A stretch of DNA of 60,769 nucleotides, taken from the IMG/VR virus record IMGVR_UViG_3300043427_002600, positions 1-60,769 of that record; one strand, written 5' to 3'. Position 1 is the first letter of the stretch. Each line of letters begins with the position of its first letter. Positions 1 through 9,501 of this stretch are shown here, one piece after another. The position numbers and the translations under genes were made by a program. Source of the DNA: a virus. Lineage: Duplodnaviria > Caudoviricetes. The notes below the pieces were generated by a model. That model saw only the letters and a list, made by a program, of their open reading frames with translations. It was not told the DNA's origin and made no database searches.

Positions 1-934
1 GAAATTCGGTCCAAGTTTGCTTACACTTGTCGTGAAGTTCGTCATTAGGAACAATAACCTTGTCCAGTTCCAGTTTGGGAATCTCTACATAGACATTCTC
101 ATAACCATTCGTATTGACGAGTTTCTTAAGTGCTTCCTCAAGAGATTCCATCGTTTTCACTTCAGGTTCTTCGTTATGTTCTCCACCTAAAGGACCACTT
201 TGGGGTTGTTGAGATTGTTGTTTCTGCTCACTACCATCATCAGACTCAGAACCATCGGCACCAGACTCTTCGGGTTGGTCGTTATCACCTTCTTCCTGAT
301 TCTCAAAATCATCAGGACCAGAATCTCCACCAGAACCACTGGTTGGATTCTCGTGAGAGTCCAGATTGACTTTGGTTTCTTCGTTTTGCTTTTCTTTACA
401 ATACTTATAGAGAACTTCAGCAGCATTCAGAACCTCAGGGAAGGTTTCAGCAGCACCGATCAAATCAACAATCTCACGTTCCTGTGAAGTGAAATCCAGT
501 TTCAGGAAGTTGCCCACCTTGAAGTAAAGATTTGCTTTGTCGGCAAGATTGAAAGTATCCAGGTCTTCATCAGCAATAGAAAAGAAATCTTGATCGTTCA
601 GTTCCTTATAACCGTTGTAGAAAGTCTTGGCAAGTCCAGGATAACGCCGCTTCATCAGTTTCTCAATACGTGAGTCTTCTACTATGTTTACGAATTGCGG
701 AGGAACCTTATGATTCTCGGTCCAGTCCTCATCAGGAGTTTCCAGAGCGTGTCCTACCTCATGCCCCACCAGAAGGTCATAGACGGTGCTGCTGGCACGT
801 TCCCACATCGGAAGAGTCAGCACACGAGTATGAACGTTGAACTGAGCGGTCTCTACCTTCTTATGCTCTACCACAAGGTCTTCGGTGGCAAGAAGTTTAG
901 CAAGTTGGGACTTGATTGCGTGATTGACGGGCAT
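1..934 (-). CDS. Cyanophage HEXXH metallopeptidase-like protein (CobT/VWA-type partner of CobS); 3' end runs off window
   Basis: Manual translation from ATG at 934: MPVNHAIKSQLAKLLATEDLVVEHKKVETAQFNVHTRVLTLPMWERASSTVYDLLVGHEVGHAL; HEVGH motif; not in ORF track because it is truncated. Confidence 0.8.
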   Translation of the reverse strand, partial: MPVNHAIKSQLAKLLATEDLVVEHKKVETAQFNVHTRVLTLPMWERASSTVYDLLVGHEVGHALETPDEDWTENHKVPPQFVNIVEDSRIEKLMKRRYPGLAKTFYNGYKELNDQDFFSIADEDLDTFNLADKANLYFKVGNFLKLDFTSQEREIVDLIGAAETFPEVLNAAEVLYKYCKEKQNEETKVNLDSHENPTSGSGGDSGPDDFENQEEGDNDQPEESGADGSESDDGSEQKQQSQQPQSGPLGGEHNEEPEVKTMESLEEALKKLVNTNGYENVYVEIPKLELDKVIVPNDELHDKCKQTWTEF

Positions 935-956
935 AGGTTTGTTTTCTTATGAACCT

Positions 957-1014
957 ATTATACAAAAAAAGAGGGTGGTGAAACCCTCTTGTGTGCCAGT
1001 TTGAAAAGTGGTCT
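957..1014 (-). promoter_or_regulatory. Early-type promoter: TATAAT -10 plus GTGCCA-N10-TGGTCT dyad
   Basis: -10 at 957-962; dyad at 993-1014, 30 bp upstream; same architecture as the promoters at 55-60.6 kb. Confidence 0.65.
964..990 (-). terminator. Rho-independent terminator
   Basis: Minus strand AAGAGGGTTTCACCACCCTC followed by a T tract, just after the 1014 stop. Confidence 0.7.
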
Positions 1015-2420
1015 TAGGCAGTTTTAGTATCAGTTTTATTTTGCCCTTTAACCATCAAATTTCCACCCATAATTTTATTAACTGTTCCGGGAGGTAAATC
1101 TTCTCCTCTACTATGTCTATTAATATATCCAGTAGGAGTTTTAGTTAATCCACGAGTGCCAGCGTCCCCAGATCTATTGGGTCCTTGAGTACCATAATTA
1201 TTTAATACTTTTGGAAAATCCTCAACAATACTCTGTCTCCACTCTTCACTCATATTCGCCATAATTACAAGTGCTGCCTCATTTGTATCGGCATATCCTT
1301 CGGCAACTAGGTGCTCAAGGATAGAGTCAAAGAGATCATATTCTTCTTTATGTACTGAAGAAAAATCTCTGAATGAACTATTTCCTCTAGGTAATTCTGA
1401 AGGGCCATATCCATCTCTTTCATATCCTTTACGGTATTGAACAGGTTGTCCTCTTCCCGTTTTATTAGTTCTTCTTTTACCTTTAAGAGGTCCAGTAATA
1501 TTTGGAGAATACCCAGTTCCTCCTTCTTTTCTTCTACGAAAAGAACCTGTGGCAGTGCTGCGTCTCATTGAATCAACAACTCTAGACCCAACTTGAGTTC
1601 CCGCAGATGCTCTTGCACCATCAGACATTCCAGCAGTATAAGATGCCATACGATTTTCATCAAGATTCTCCACTTCTTCCATATAAATCTCACACATATC
1701 ATCCCAAGTATATTCACTCAGGTCATAACCTTCTTCTACAAGACCATTCACCCACGCCTCTACTTCTTCTCTAGTTACAGCAGCGGCAAATTTTACAGCA
1801 CCTGAAGCACCTTTACCAACTTCTTTAGCAACTTCACCAACTTTACCAGCCGCTTTTTTAGCAACTTCCACAGTTCCGCGAACATTGCTCATAAATTTCT
1901 TTCTAGTTTCAATATCTTTCTGTGCTTTGTTTTTTGCCGCATCAAGTCCTCTATTGACAGCACCAGCAACACGATCTAATACACCTTTCTTCTTTGGTTG
2001 TTGCTTCTTCACAAAGGCAACGGCAGACTGTCTCTGTAAAGATGCCTTGAGTCCTGATGGTTTTGCTTCCGATGCTTCTGCTTCTGCTTCTCTTCTTGCT
2101 GCTTTCTGAGAACGAAGTCTCTCTAATGATTTACCAGTTGGTTTCCCACCTCTAAATGGTTTTCCTTTTGCTGTAACTGGTTCAACCTTGACACCACCTG
2201 CTCTTGCCTCTGTCAAATAGTACTCTTCGGCAATATCATATACAAACTCACCAAACTCTTCTACACCGAGTTCTTCAATCAAAATTTCAACACCTTCTTC
2301 ATTCAACCCCATCTCATAGAAATATTGTGCTGCAATTTCTACTTCTTCAGTAAGTTCTTCTTGAGGGGTATAAATGGAAGCATAAGCTTCTTGTAAATCT
2401 ACAATTTCTTGATCTCTCAT
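1014..2420 (-). CDS. Modular late protein with alternating acidic and basic segments (putative internal head protein)
   Basis: 468 aa; three related acidic modules (EMGLNEE.., EEGYDLSEYTWDD.., AEGYADTNEAA..); CTAAATA late-like promoter at 2447-2453. Confidence 0.6.
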   Translation of the reverse strand: MRDQEIVDLQEAYASIYTPQEELTEEVEIAAQYFYEMGLNEEGVEILIEELGVEEFGEFVYDIAEEYYLTEARAGGVKVEPVTAKGKPFRGGKPTGKSLERLRSQKAARREAEAEASEAKPSGLKASLQRQSAVAFVKKQQPKKKGVLDRVAGAVNRGLDAAKNKAQKDIETRKKFMSNVRGTVEVAKKAAGKVGEVAKEVGKGASGAVKFAAAVTREEVEAWVNGLVEEGYDLSEYTWDDMCEIYMEEVENLDENRMASYTAGMSDGARASAGTQVGSRVVDSMRRSTATGSFRRRKEGGTGYSPNITGPLKGKRRTNKTGRGQPVQYRKGYERDGYGPSELPRGNSSFRDFSSVHKEEYDLFDSILEHLVAEGYADTNEAALVIMANMSEEWRQSIVEDFPKVLNNYGTQGPNRSGDAGTRGLTKTPTGYINRHSRGEDLPPGTVNKIMGGNLMVKGQNKTDTKTA

Positions 2421-2445
2421 TTTTTCGTAAATAGTTTCCTATCTT

Positions 2446-2874
2446 TTATTTAGTGTTCATCGTGATTCCATCAAGATGATCTACTTCGTGTTGAATAACT
2501 CTTGAAGTAAGACCAGAATAACTATTGATACAAGGCATTCCTTTGGTATTACGATACTTGACTTTGACGGTTTCAGGTCTTGTGATTTGCAAATATTCGC
2601 CAGGAATACTCAAGCATCCCTCTTCCATTTCACAACTTTGATCAGAAAACTCCAAAATCTCTGGATTGATCATTACGACTGGATTATCATCAATCAATAC
2701 GACAATAATTCGTTTCAGTACTCCAACTTGATTTGCGGCAAGTCCAATACCTTTATTTTCAAGCATCGCACTTACCATAGAAGCACAAAGAGTTCTTACG
2801 GTATCATCTACGCGATCAACTCTTTTTGCTTTTTGAGTCAGGACTTTATCCCCCAGAGTTCTGATAGTAAGCAT
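2446..2874 (-). CDS. def: Peptide deformylase
   Basis: All three PDF motifs: GIGLAANQVG, EGCLS, QHEVDHLDG. Confidence 0.95.
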   Translation of the reverse strand: MLTIRTLGDKVLTQKAKRVDRVDDTVRTLCASMVSAMLENKGIGLAANQVGVLKRIIVVLIDDNPVVMINPEILEFSDQSCEMEEGCLSIPGEYLQITRPETVKVKYRNTKGMPCINSYSGLTSRVIQHEVDHLDGITMNTK

Positions 2875-2889
2875 ATGTATCTCTCGCTA

Positions 2890-3045
2890 CTATACCATAT
2901 ATAGCGCACTAAAAGAAGAAGCGCCCCCTTGCGAGAGGCGCTTCTTGAGTGCTTGGCGACGTGCCTTTGCTTGTCGGAGTGCTTGCGGTTTGAGTTTCCG
3001 CTTCTGTTCTTTTTTGGAATGGTGATAGCGGTTGGGGACTTGCAT
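2890..3045 (-). CDS. Small basic hypothetical protein (51 aa)
   Basis: MQVPNRYHHSKKEQKRKLKPQALRQAKARRQALKKRL...; ATG overlaps the g46 stop; resembles the small ORF following g46 in cyanophages. Confidence 0.6.
   Translation of the reverse strand: MQVPNRYHHSKKEQKRKLKPQALRQAKARRQALKKRLSQGGASSFSALYMV
2911..2946 (-). terminator. Rho-independent terminator
   Basis: GAAGCGCCTCTCGCAAGGGGGCGCTTC followed by TTCTTTT. Confidence 0.6.
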
Positions 3046-4772
3046 TACTCTTGTGCTTGTGAGGACATCATACGGGAGAAACCCTTGACTTTTTCGAAAC
3101 GGAGGACAGTTTCAAATTTGTCCTCAAGTCCTGTCTTATGAGAGATTACAAAGATATTAGCATCTTTAATCACATATTTGATAATCTTTAAGAATTCATC
3201 AGTTCCAAATCCATCAAGCGAACTATCAAAAACCTCATCCATAATCAGCAGATTGGTATTGACAGAGTTTTTAACTTTCGCAACTTCTCTCCAAGTAAAG
3301 AGTAAAGATAAATCCACTCTCATTTTCTCACCCTCAGAAAATGAGGCATAAGAAAAGTTTTCATGAATGGGAGATTTTATACTCTCATTAAACTCTTCAT
3401 CCAGTTGAAAATTAATATAAAAGTCCATCATCTGTAGGTAACGATTCACCTGCTGATTTATGAACGGAAGATACTTCTTAATAATCTTCGTTTTTACACC
3501 ATCATCCTTGAGTAAGGAGTAGGCAAAATCGTAATAAACGATTTCTTCTTTTTTCTTTGAAAGGTCTTCGAATGTTTGTTGGAGATTGTCTCTAAATTCT
3601 TCTAACTTCTCATGTTCAGAATTTCTGTTTTTAAGTTGTTCGGTAATAGTTTGAACTTCAGATTCAAGACCTCGTATTTGTCTCTGGTTGAGGGAAATCC
3701 GAGTATTGTTTTGAGAAATCTCATGGTTGAGTTTCGTAATCTCCTTAGATAGAACTGTGAATTGACGCTCTCTCTCTTGTTCTAACTTTATAGTCTCCTC
3801 AAGTTCTTGAAAACCTTTCTGGAGTTCCTTTGCTTTATTTTGAGCGTCTGCTATTCTATTTAACCGAAACTCTTCTTCTATGGTTTGAGTACAGGTGGGG
3901 CATACCGTATTTTCAGTAAAGAACTTATGCTCTTTGGTAATCGCTGATACTTTCTGAGAGATTTTACCTTTAAGATTGTTAAGCTTTACTAACTTATCGC
4001 CAGTTCCAATCACCTCTTCTTGTTCTTTAGTATATCCAAAAATCTGTTCTTCAATCTTGGCATTCTCAGTCATATAAATGCCAACTTCAGAATCTAAATT
4101 GGCAATCTTTTGTTGATTGGCATTGATGTTGGCATTTCCACGATTTTCAAGTTCCCCAATAAACTCCTCTTGCATCTTGATTTTGTCTTTGAGATTTCCC
4201 TTACGGGCATCTAAAGATTTAATTTGATCTTTTTGAACTCGGATCTTATCTTTAATGAGAGCATTCATTGCAGAGAAAATACGAATATCCAAAAGGTCTT
4301 CAATCACCTCACGACGATTTGCTGTCGTAAGCTGCATAAAAGGCACAAAGGTGCTACTACCCAAAATCACAATTTGAGTAAAAGACTTGTAATTAACTTT
4401 GAGAATATTCTCTTCTAGAATTTTTTGATTTGCTCTGTCGTCTGCTTCCTTATGAAGTTGAACACCATTCACTTCAATATCAAAAATATTGGGTTTAATT
4501 CCACGACGAACAAGATAGTCTCTACTATTCACAGAGAACTCAATTTCAACTACACAATCCTTCTCATTTACACTGTTGAGTAGTTGAGGTTTATTAATAC
4601 GCCTAAACGGTTTGTTGAAAAGAACAAACGTAAGTGCATCCAGAACAGTTGATTTCCCTGCTCCGTTTGTTCCAATAATTAAATTTGTATGGTGTTTTTC
4701 AAAATCAATTTCAGTCCAACTATTTCCAGTTGAAAGAAAGTTTTTCCATTTAATCTTGTGAAATACTAACAT
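3045..4772 (-). CDS. g46: Recombination endonuclease subunit gp46 (Rad50/SbcC-like)
   Basis: Walker A GTNGAGKST, CPTC zinc hook, FSEGEK signature, LLIMDEVFD Walker B. Confidence 0.95.
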   Translation of the reverse strand: MLVFHKIKWKNFLSTGNSWTEIDFEKHHTNLIIGTNGAGKSTVLDALTFVLFNKPFRRINKPQLLNSVNEKDCVVEIEFSVNSRDYLVRRGIKPNIFDIEVNGVQLHKEADDRANQKILEENILKVNYKSFTQIVILGSSTFVPFMQLTTANRREVIEDLLDIRIFSAMNALIKDKIRVQKDQIKSLDARKGNLKDKIKMQEEFIGELENRGNANINANQQKIANLDSEVGIYMTENAKIEEQIFGYTKEQEEVIGTGDKLVKLNNLKGKISQKVSAITKEHKFFTENTVCPTCTQTIEEEFRLNRIADAQNKAKELQKGFQELEETIKLEQERERQFTVLSKEITKLNHEISQNNTRISLNQRQIRGLESEVQTITEQLKNRNSEHEKLEEFRDNLQQTFEDLSKKKEEIVYYDFAYSLLKDDGVKTKIIKKYLPFINQQVNRYLQMMDFYINFQLDEEFNESIKSPIHENFSYASFSEGEKMRVDLSLLFTWREVAKVKNSVNTNLLIMDEVFDSSLDGFGTDEFLKIIKYVIKDANIFVISHKTGLEDKFETVLRFEKVKGFSRMMSSQAQE

Positions 4773-5025
4773 TCTTAGGAGGAATTACAATATCGTCAGG
4801 AGTAATTACGGCATATCTATAATTATACATCTTACAAGTCTTTATGGCAAGCTCATCATCAACTTCCACTACATCCATTTCAGTTTCTTCTTGGTCTTCT
4901 AGCATTAAGGCATAACGGGTTGCGTCATCTTCATCCTCAAAAAGAAATAAGACTTTATGCCCGTATTGGTCTTGAACTGCGTATGCTCCGTCGTCCTTTC
5001 TGTCTTTAAGAGTGAGAAGAAACAT
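4750..5025 (-). CDS. Conserved hypothetical protein (DUF3110-like)
   Basis: Motif LFEDEDDATRYALMLE; lies between g47 and g46; likely start MFLLTL at 5025, coupled to the g47 stop. Confidence 0.7.
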   Translation of the reverse strand: MFLLTLKDRKDDGAYAVQDQYGHKVLFLFEDEDDATRYALMLEDQEETEMDVVEVDDELAIKTCKMYNYRYAVITPDDIVIPPKNVSISQD

Positions 5026-6062
5026 TATTCTACTTCGCAAGCTTGTTGGTAGAGGTCTTGAAAAATTCCTTTAATAATTGTCTTATCAAACTCAAATTCT
5101 GATTCATCAATATAACGACTTAGGATTGAAAGTGTATTCTCTTCTTCATCAATTTCAAAATCTTCACTTTCTTGAATTTCAAAGTTCTCAATAATTTTGA
5201 GTTCTTGAATATTCGCATTATAAAGTTTATCAATAAATTTCTCAAAATCTTTGGGTTTTGATTTTTTACGAACAATCACCTTTACAATTTTGTTTTCGTA
5301 TTCGGTTGTATCAAACAATTGATAAGGCGTGTCCTCATAGTAGATATTATAGAATAATTTATAAGGATTATTAATTGGAGTATGAGTAAGAGTTTCCGTA
5401 TCAAAGATATGAAATCCTCTTGTATCATTTACATCTGTCCAATACATTTCATAAGGATTACCAAGATAGAAAATGCGTCCATTATCAGAACGAGTGTGGT
5501 AATGACCAGAAAATACCTTCTTGAACTTTGAAAAAATATCCGCATCCAGTCCATGATCCTCCATTACAAGATTACGATTAACACGAAAACCTTGAAGTTC
5601 TAAATGACCCATAGCAACTTTCGCTTTGGTCTTTTGAATTTGGTTCAAAGTTTCTTCATAGTTTTCACTACAAATCCAGGGAATCATCATAATATTCAAT
5701 CCACCAACATTAATGGTTTGTGGAGAACTATAAGTCTTAATATTTGGATACGTTTGAAGAAGCAGACTGGGGGAATTAACGCTATTGGTATTCTTGTAGT
5801 AACAATCGTGATTACCAATAATCATATGAACCTCATACTTTTTCATAGGTTCAAATACAACTCTCTTTGCCCATTCAAGACTTTGATAGTCAATTGATTT
5901 ACGGCTATCAAAAGCATCACCCATATGAATGACTGCCTCTACTCCGTGTTCTTTGAGAGCAGGGAAAAATACATTCTTGTAGAACAACTCAAAATGGTCA
6001 TGAAGGTATTTGGAACCTTTTCTTGCCCCGTAATGTGTATCCGTAAGAATTGCTATCTTCAT
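5025..6062 (-). CDS. g47: Recombination endonuclease subunit gp47 (Mre11/SbcD-like)
   Basis: Metallophosphoesterase motifs DTHYG, GDAFD, GNHD, SGHYH. Confidence 0.95.
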   Translation of the reverse strand: MKIAILTDTHYGARKGSKYLHDHFELFYKNVFFPALKEHGVEAVIHMGDAFDSRKSIDYQSLEWAKRVVFEPMKKYEVHMIIGNHDCYYKNTNSVNSPSLLLQTYPNIKTYSSPQTINVGGLNIMMIPWICSENYEETLNQIQKTKAKVAMGHLELQGFRVNRNLVMEDHGLDADIFSKFKKVFSGHYHTRSDNGRIFYLGNPYEMYWTDVNDTRGFHIFDTETLTHTPINNPYKLFYNIYYEDTPYQLFDTTEYENKIVKVIVRKKSKPKDFEKFIDKLYNANIQELKIIENFEIQESEDFEIDEEENTLSILSRYIDESEFEFDKTIIKGIFQDLYQQACEVE

Positions 6063-6580
6063 CGATTTCCGTTTCTGTACTGGATTGCGTCCTTCATACT
6101 ATTATACTCCGAATTGTTTCCAGAAAGCAAGTTGTCATCTATCATCATAACCTCATCAAAACCAGTTCTTTCAATAATCTTGGTCTTAATATCTAATTGC
6201 TTTTTCTCCTTTTGAATTCTTCTCAAAAATGCGTAGTGAATAATTTGAGTAAAGTAGGCAAAAGGATTTGTAGATTTCTCTGGGTCAAAATTATGAATAT
6301 ACTGAACACAGTTTTCAATTCCATCGGAAATCATATCCTCACGGAACATATAATTCACAAAGTTCGGTTTGTATGATAGATGAGTTGCAATCTTTAAAAA
6401 ACACTCTCCAAGATAGTTGGGAATAGGAGGCTTTCCTTCCCAATGTTTTGATCTATCTTGTCTTGTTGGATTTCTAGAATTTCTTTCAAAAAAATCTGCT
6501 TCAACTTTAGATCTATAAACAGTAAGTGCTTCTAATAATTCTTTATTATTTACATAGTGTTCAGTTTTCTTTTTAGGCAT
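6059..6580 (-). CDS. g55: Late transcription sigma factor gp55
   Basis: HYVNNKEL, NYMFREDMISDGIENC, NPFAYFTQI motifs; synteny. Confidence 0.95.
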   Translation of the reverse strand: MPKKKTEHYVNNKELLEALTVYRSKVEADFFERNSRNPTRQDRSKHWEGKPPIPNYLGECFLKIATHLSYKPNFVNYMFREDMISDGIENCVQYIHNFDPEKSTNPFAYFTQIIHYAFLRRIQKEKKQLDIKTKIIERTGFDEVMMIDDNLLSGNNSEYNSMKDAIQYRNGNR

Positions 6581-6612
6581 AGCATTGGACTCATCTATGA
6601 TAACTTTTGTTT

Positions 6613-6642
6613 ATTATAACACACAAATCAAGGGCTTGACAA
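6613..6642 (-). promoter_or_regulatory. Sigma70-like promoter for g55
   Basis: TTGTCA-N18-TATAAT with extended -10 TG. Confidence 0.65.
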
Positions 6643-6664
6643 GTTATCAAAATACGAATAGACT
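6636..6664 (+). promoter_or_regulatory. Putative antisense sigma70 promoter
   Basis: TTGACA-N17-TAGACT on the plus strand. Confidence 0.45.
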
Positions 6665-6690
6665 AGGTTTGTCTCCGTTGAAGATAAGTA

Positions 6691-7098
6691 TTAGCTTTCT
6701 TTAAGATCTTTAAAGATTCTTTCAAGGCTCTTGCGAGCATCTTCTACTGAACCAACATATCCCATTTTTTGAGACGGTTTTACAGCACCTCCAGGTTTAT
6801 AAACTTCAATTGAATCATCATCTTGAATATAACTTTCGTAGATATCAATTAAATTTTGATCTTTACTTTCAGTCATCGTAATAATTTTATCAAGTTTAAT
6901 CATATAAAGATCATCCTCAGACATTTCAATCCAAGATTTTACCTTAAGGTACGTTCCTTGATGATTTTGATATGCTTTTATTGTGACTGGATTTTGAAGA
7001 ATTACAATAGGATCCCCATCATTTTCATCAACCGTTATCAGAGAAAAAATCTCTTCACCTGATACTAACTTTAAAACGCAATAGAACTCTTCTCCCAT
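6691..7098 (-). CDS. Conserved hypothetical protein (Sm-like fold) between uvsW and g55
   Basis: KLVSGEEI motif; conserved position in T4-like cyanophages. Confidence 0.75.
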   Translation of the reverse strand: MGEEFYCVLKLVSGEEIFSLITVDENDGDPIVILQNPVTIKAYQNHQGTYLKVKSWIEMSEDDLYMIKLDKIITMTESKDQNLIDIYESYIQDDDSIEVYKPGGAVKPSQKMGYVGSVEDARKSLERIFKDLKES

Positions 7099-8561
7099 TA
7101 GTCTTTTAGAGGTATATTTACAATATCATAATTAAAGTTTTCTTCATTATAAATTTTAATTCTTTCAATAAGGTGATTGAGTGTATAATTTTTTCTTGAT
7201 TTGTAACTAATATCATCGGCAATATCATATAGAGTTGCCTTCACTTTATTTTCCCCTTTTCTGAGTACTCTTCCAATTGATTGGAGATTTCGTATTCTCG
7301 ACTTGCTAGGGGAAGCAAATATAACATTATGCAGATTTCTGATATTGACACCAGTAGAAAAAGTGCCGTAGGAAGCAACGATGATTGCATTATTCTCTCT
7401 TTCAGTAATTTCTCTAACTAATTCTCTTTCTTCAGTATCCACTCCACCATGAACAAAAAATACGTGTCTATCATCAATTTTGCTATTATTTATGAGTTCG
7501 TAGAGTGGTTGCCCATGACCTTCTACTCTGGCAAAAAGAACAAGAGTATTGCCTTTTAAATCTAGAGCAAGATTTTTTATAAAGTTATTTCTTTTTTGAT
7601 GATTGATAATATATTGAACTTCATCTTCAAAAGTGTCAAATCTGTTTGAGGGATGCTTGAGTAATAAGACTTTAATATCTAATTTGGCAAGATGACCTTT
7701 TTGCATCAGTTCATCTGTCTTGATAATTTTATATGATGGACCAAATAAACCCTCTAAAACCCATTTGTGAGTTTGAGATCCATCTAATGTTCCCGTGAAT
7801 CCAAAACGGTATTTGGCATCACAAAGTTTAGTCATTATAGATATTAGTGACTTGGATTTAAACTGGTGTGCTTCGTCTCCAACGACAACATTAAATCTGG
7901 AAAAGTACTGCTTCGGAAGTTTGTAGATGGACTGCCAGGTAGTAATAATGACTTGGGAATCAGTTTCTCTTTCCTTTCCCGCATAGATTTTGTGACAGTA
8001 TGAACCAACATCCCATCCATAATCTGCAAAATCTTTATACATTTGTTCTACAAGGGAAGTCGTTGGAACAACTACGAGAATATTTTGTTGCTTCTCAACG
8101 TAATATCTCACAAGAGAATATATCATTAGTGACTTTCCAGAAGCAGTTGGAGATATCAATAACTTGCGATTATGTCTTAAAGCGTCGTATACTCCCTCAA
8201 TTTGGTAATCGCGTGGAGAATGCCTACTGATTGCCGTCATATAGTCCTTTACACCTTCCTTTGAGATGTTCTCATTTACCTCAAAAGGAAGACCATAAAA
8301 CTTATTATCTCTAAACTCGTAGGTATAATTGTGGTCCTTACAGAACTGAATTACCCTATCTAAAAGACCAACATATATTTCTTTCGTATCCACATTAAAC
8401 AGATAAATGAATCCATCCCACCACTTATTTTTGTAGGCGGGTGAGAACTTTGCGTTTGGAACTTCAAATTGAAAAGTATCTTTTAACTCATAGTAGATAT
8501 GAGGTTCTGCCTCTATTTGCAGATAAACCTCATTCTTTTTTGATATCACCAAATGGCTCAT
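7098..8561 (-). CDS. uvsW: RNA-DNA/DNA-DNA helicase UvsW
   Basis: SF2 motifs SPTASGKS, GDEAH, TGT, QSIGRVLR. Confidence 0.95.
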   Translation of the reverse strand: MSHLVISKKNEVYLQIEAEPHIYYELKDTFQFEVPNAKFSPAYKNKWWDGFIYLFNVDTKEIYVGLLDRVIQFCKDHNYTYEFRDNKFYGLPFEVNENISKEGVKDYMTAISRHSPRDYQIEGVYDALRHNRKLLISPTASGKSLMIYSLVRYYVEKQQNILVVVPTTSLVEQMYKDFADYGWDVGSYCHKIYAGKERETDSQVIITTWQSIYKLPKQYFSRFNVVVGDEAHQFKSKSLISIMTKLCDAKYRFGFTGTLDGSQTHKWVLEGLFGPSYKIIKTDELMQKGHLAKLDIKVLLLKHPSNRFDTFEDEVQYIINHQKRNNFIKNLALDLKGNTLVLFARVEGHGQPLYELINNSKIDDRHVFFVHGGVDTEERELVREITERENNAIIVASYGTFSTGVNIRNLHNVIFASPSKSRIRNLQSIGRVLRKGENKVKATLYDIADDISYKSRKNYTLNHLIERIKIYNEENFNYDIVNIPLKD

Positions 8562-8584
8562 ATTCTATATCATTATGATACAAA

Positions 8585-8592
8585 TATTTATT
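8585..8592 (-). promoter_or_regulatory. Late promoter (AATAAATA)
   Basis: T4-type late consensus just upstream of uvsW. Confidence 0.6.
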
Positions 8593-8598
8593 TCCAAT

Positions 8599-8620
8599 AA
8601 AAAAGAGGCATTTCTGCCTC
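8599..8620 (-). terminator. Rho-independent terminator
   Basis: GAGGCAGAAATGCCTC followed by TTTTTT. Confidence 0.75.
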
Positions 8621-8625
8621 TGGAT

Positions 8626-9051
8626 TCATTTTTTATTTTTTAATGCTTCTATTCTTCTTTGTGCTTTACTTCCCTTCCCTCTTGGTAAAGTATCTACCTG
8701 AGGCATTCCATGCCCTGCAACATTCTCTTTTCCAGTCTTCCAATTAACGCCACCTGCGTTATTAAATGCAGAACTAGAAAGCTTTCTTTTTTTAACTCCT
8801 GGACTTGTTCTACTATTTGCAATAGTATTTTTTGGAGCTCTACTTTTTTGTGGGTTTGGGTGGGAACCAAATCCTTGAGATGGATGTTCTTTTCCAATAA
8901 AAGATTTACCAGACAACCAATTTGCCTGTCTTTTTCTTTTTCCTTCCGCGCCATCAGTTGTTGTTTTTCGGGAAGCAATAGCAATAGCTCTTTCTTTTCT
9001 TTCACCAGTTAGTTCTTCACAAATATATAAAAACTCTTGAAATGTTTTCAT
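8626..9051 (-). CDS. Putative internal head protein with capsid-targeting sequence
   Basis: N-terminus MKTFQEFLYICEE; very basic body; CTAAATA at 9067-9073. Confidence 0.65.
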   Translation of the reverse strand: MKTFQEFLYICEELTGERKERAIAIASRKTTTDGAEGKRKRQANWLSGKSFIGKEHPSQGFGSHPNPQKSRAPKNTIANSRTSPGVKKRKLSSSAFNNAGGVNWKTGKENVAGHGMPQVDTLPRGKGSKAQRRIEALKNKK

Positions 9052-9069
9052 TTATCTTTTTATTTTTAT

Positions 9070-9501
9070 TTAGTTAAACCCTGCCGTGAACTTGTGCCAC
9101 TCAATACTGTTCTTGATTTGGTAGTTTCTCTGAGAAATCATCTTAATCACTTCCTCCAGAAACTTAAGCATCACATCATAATACCGAATCTTCATATCAA
9201 TTTTATTGAGTCTCTCATCAGCGTCCATATGCCTCTGTATGGCGTCTTTCTCTCTGACCTTATACGGGAAAGGTTCTTCCACATAAACCTCTGCTGGTGC
9301 CTTTCCTGTGTAGTAATTATAACGCTCTAATCTTACCTTGCTGTAAGTATCTCTTGCCTTCTCACGAAGCAAAGTAATCGTATTGTGGAGAGTATAATAT
9401 TTAGAGTGTAGTTGAGGAATTTTTAAAGATTCATCGTGTAAGTTATCGGGATCTATGACAGAATCTCTCTGCCACATTTCCTGAATTTCATCAAGGTTCA
9501 T
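9070..9501 (-). CDS. uvsY: Recombination mediator UvsY
   Basis: SLKIPQLHSKY and RNYQIKNSIEW motifs; synteny. Confidence 0.9.
   Translation of the reverse strand: MNLDEIQEMWQRDSVIDPDNLHDESLKIPQLHSKYYTLHNTITLLREKARDTYSKVRLERYNYYTGKAPAEVYVEEPFPYKVREKDAIQRHMDADERLNKIDMKIRYYDVMLKFLEEVIKMISQRNYQIKNSIEWHKFTAGFN

Noticed and set aside
130-952. Short ORFs 130..369, 187..426, 200..487, 695..952
   Set aside because: All overlap the truncated peptidase gene that starts at 934
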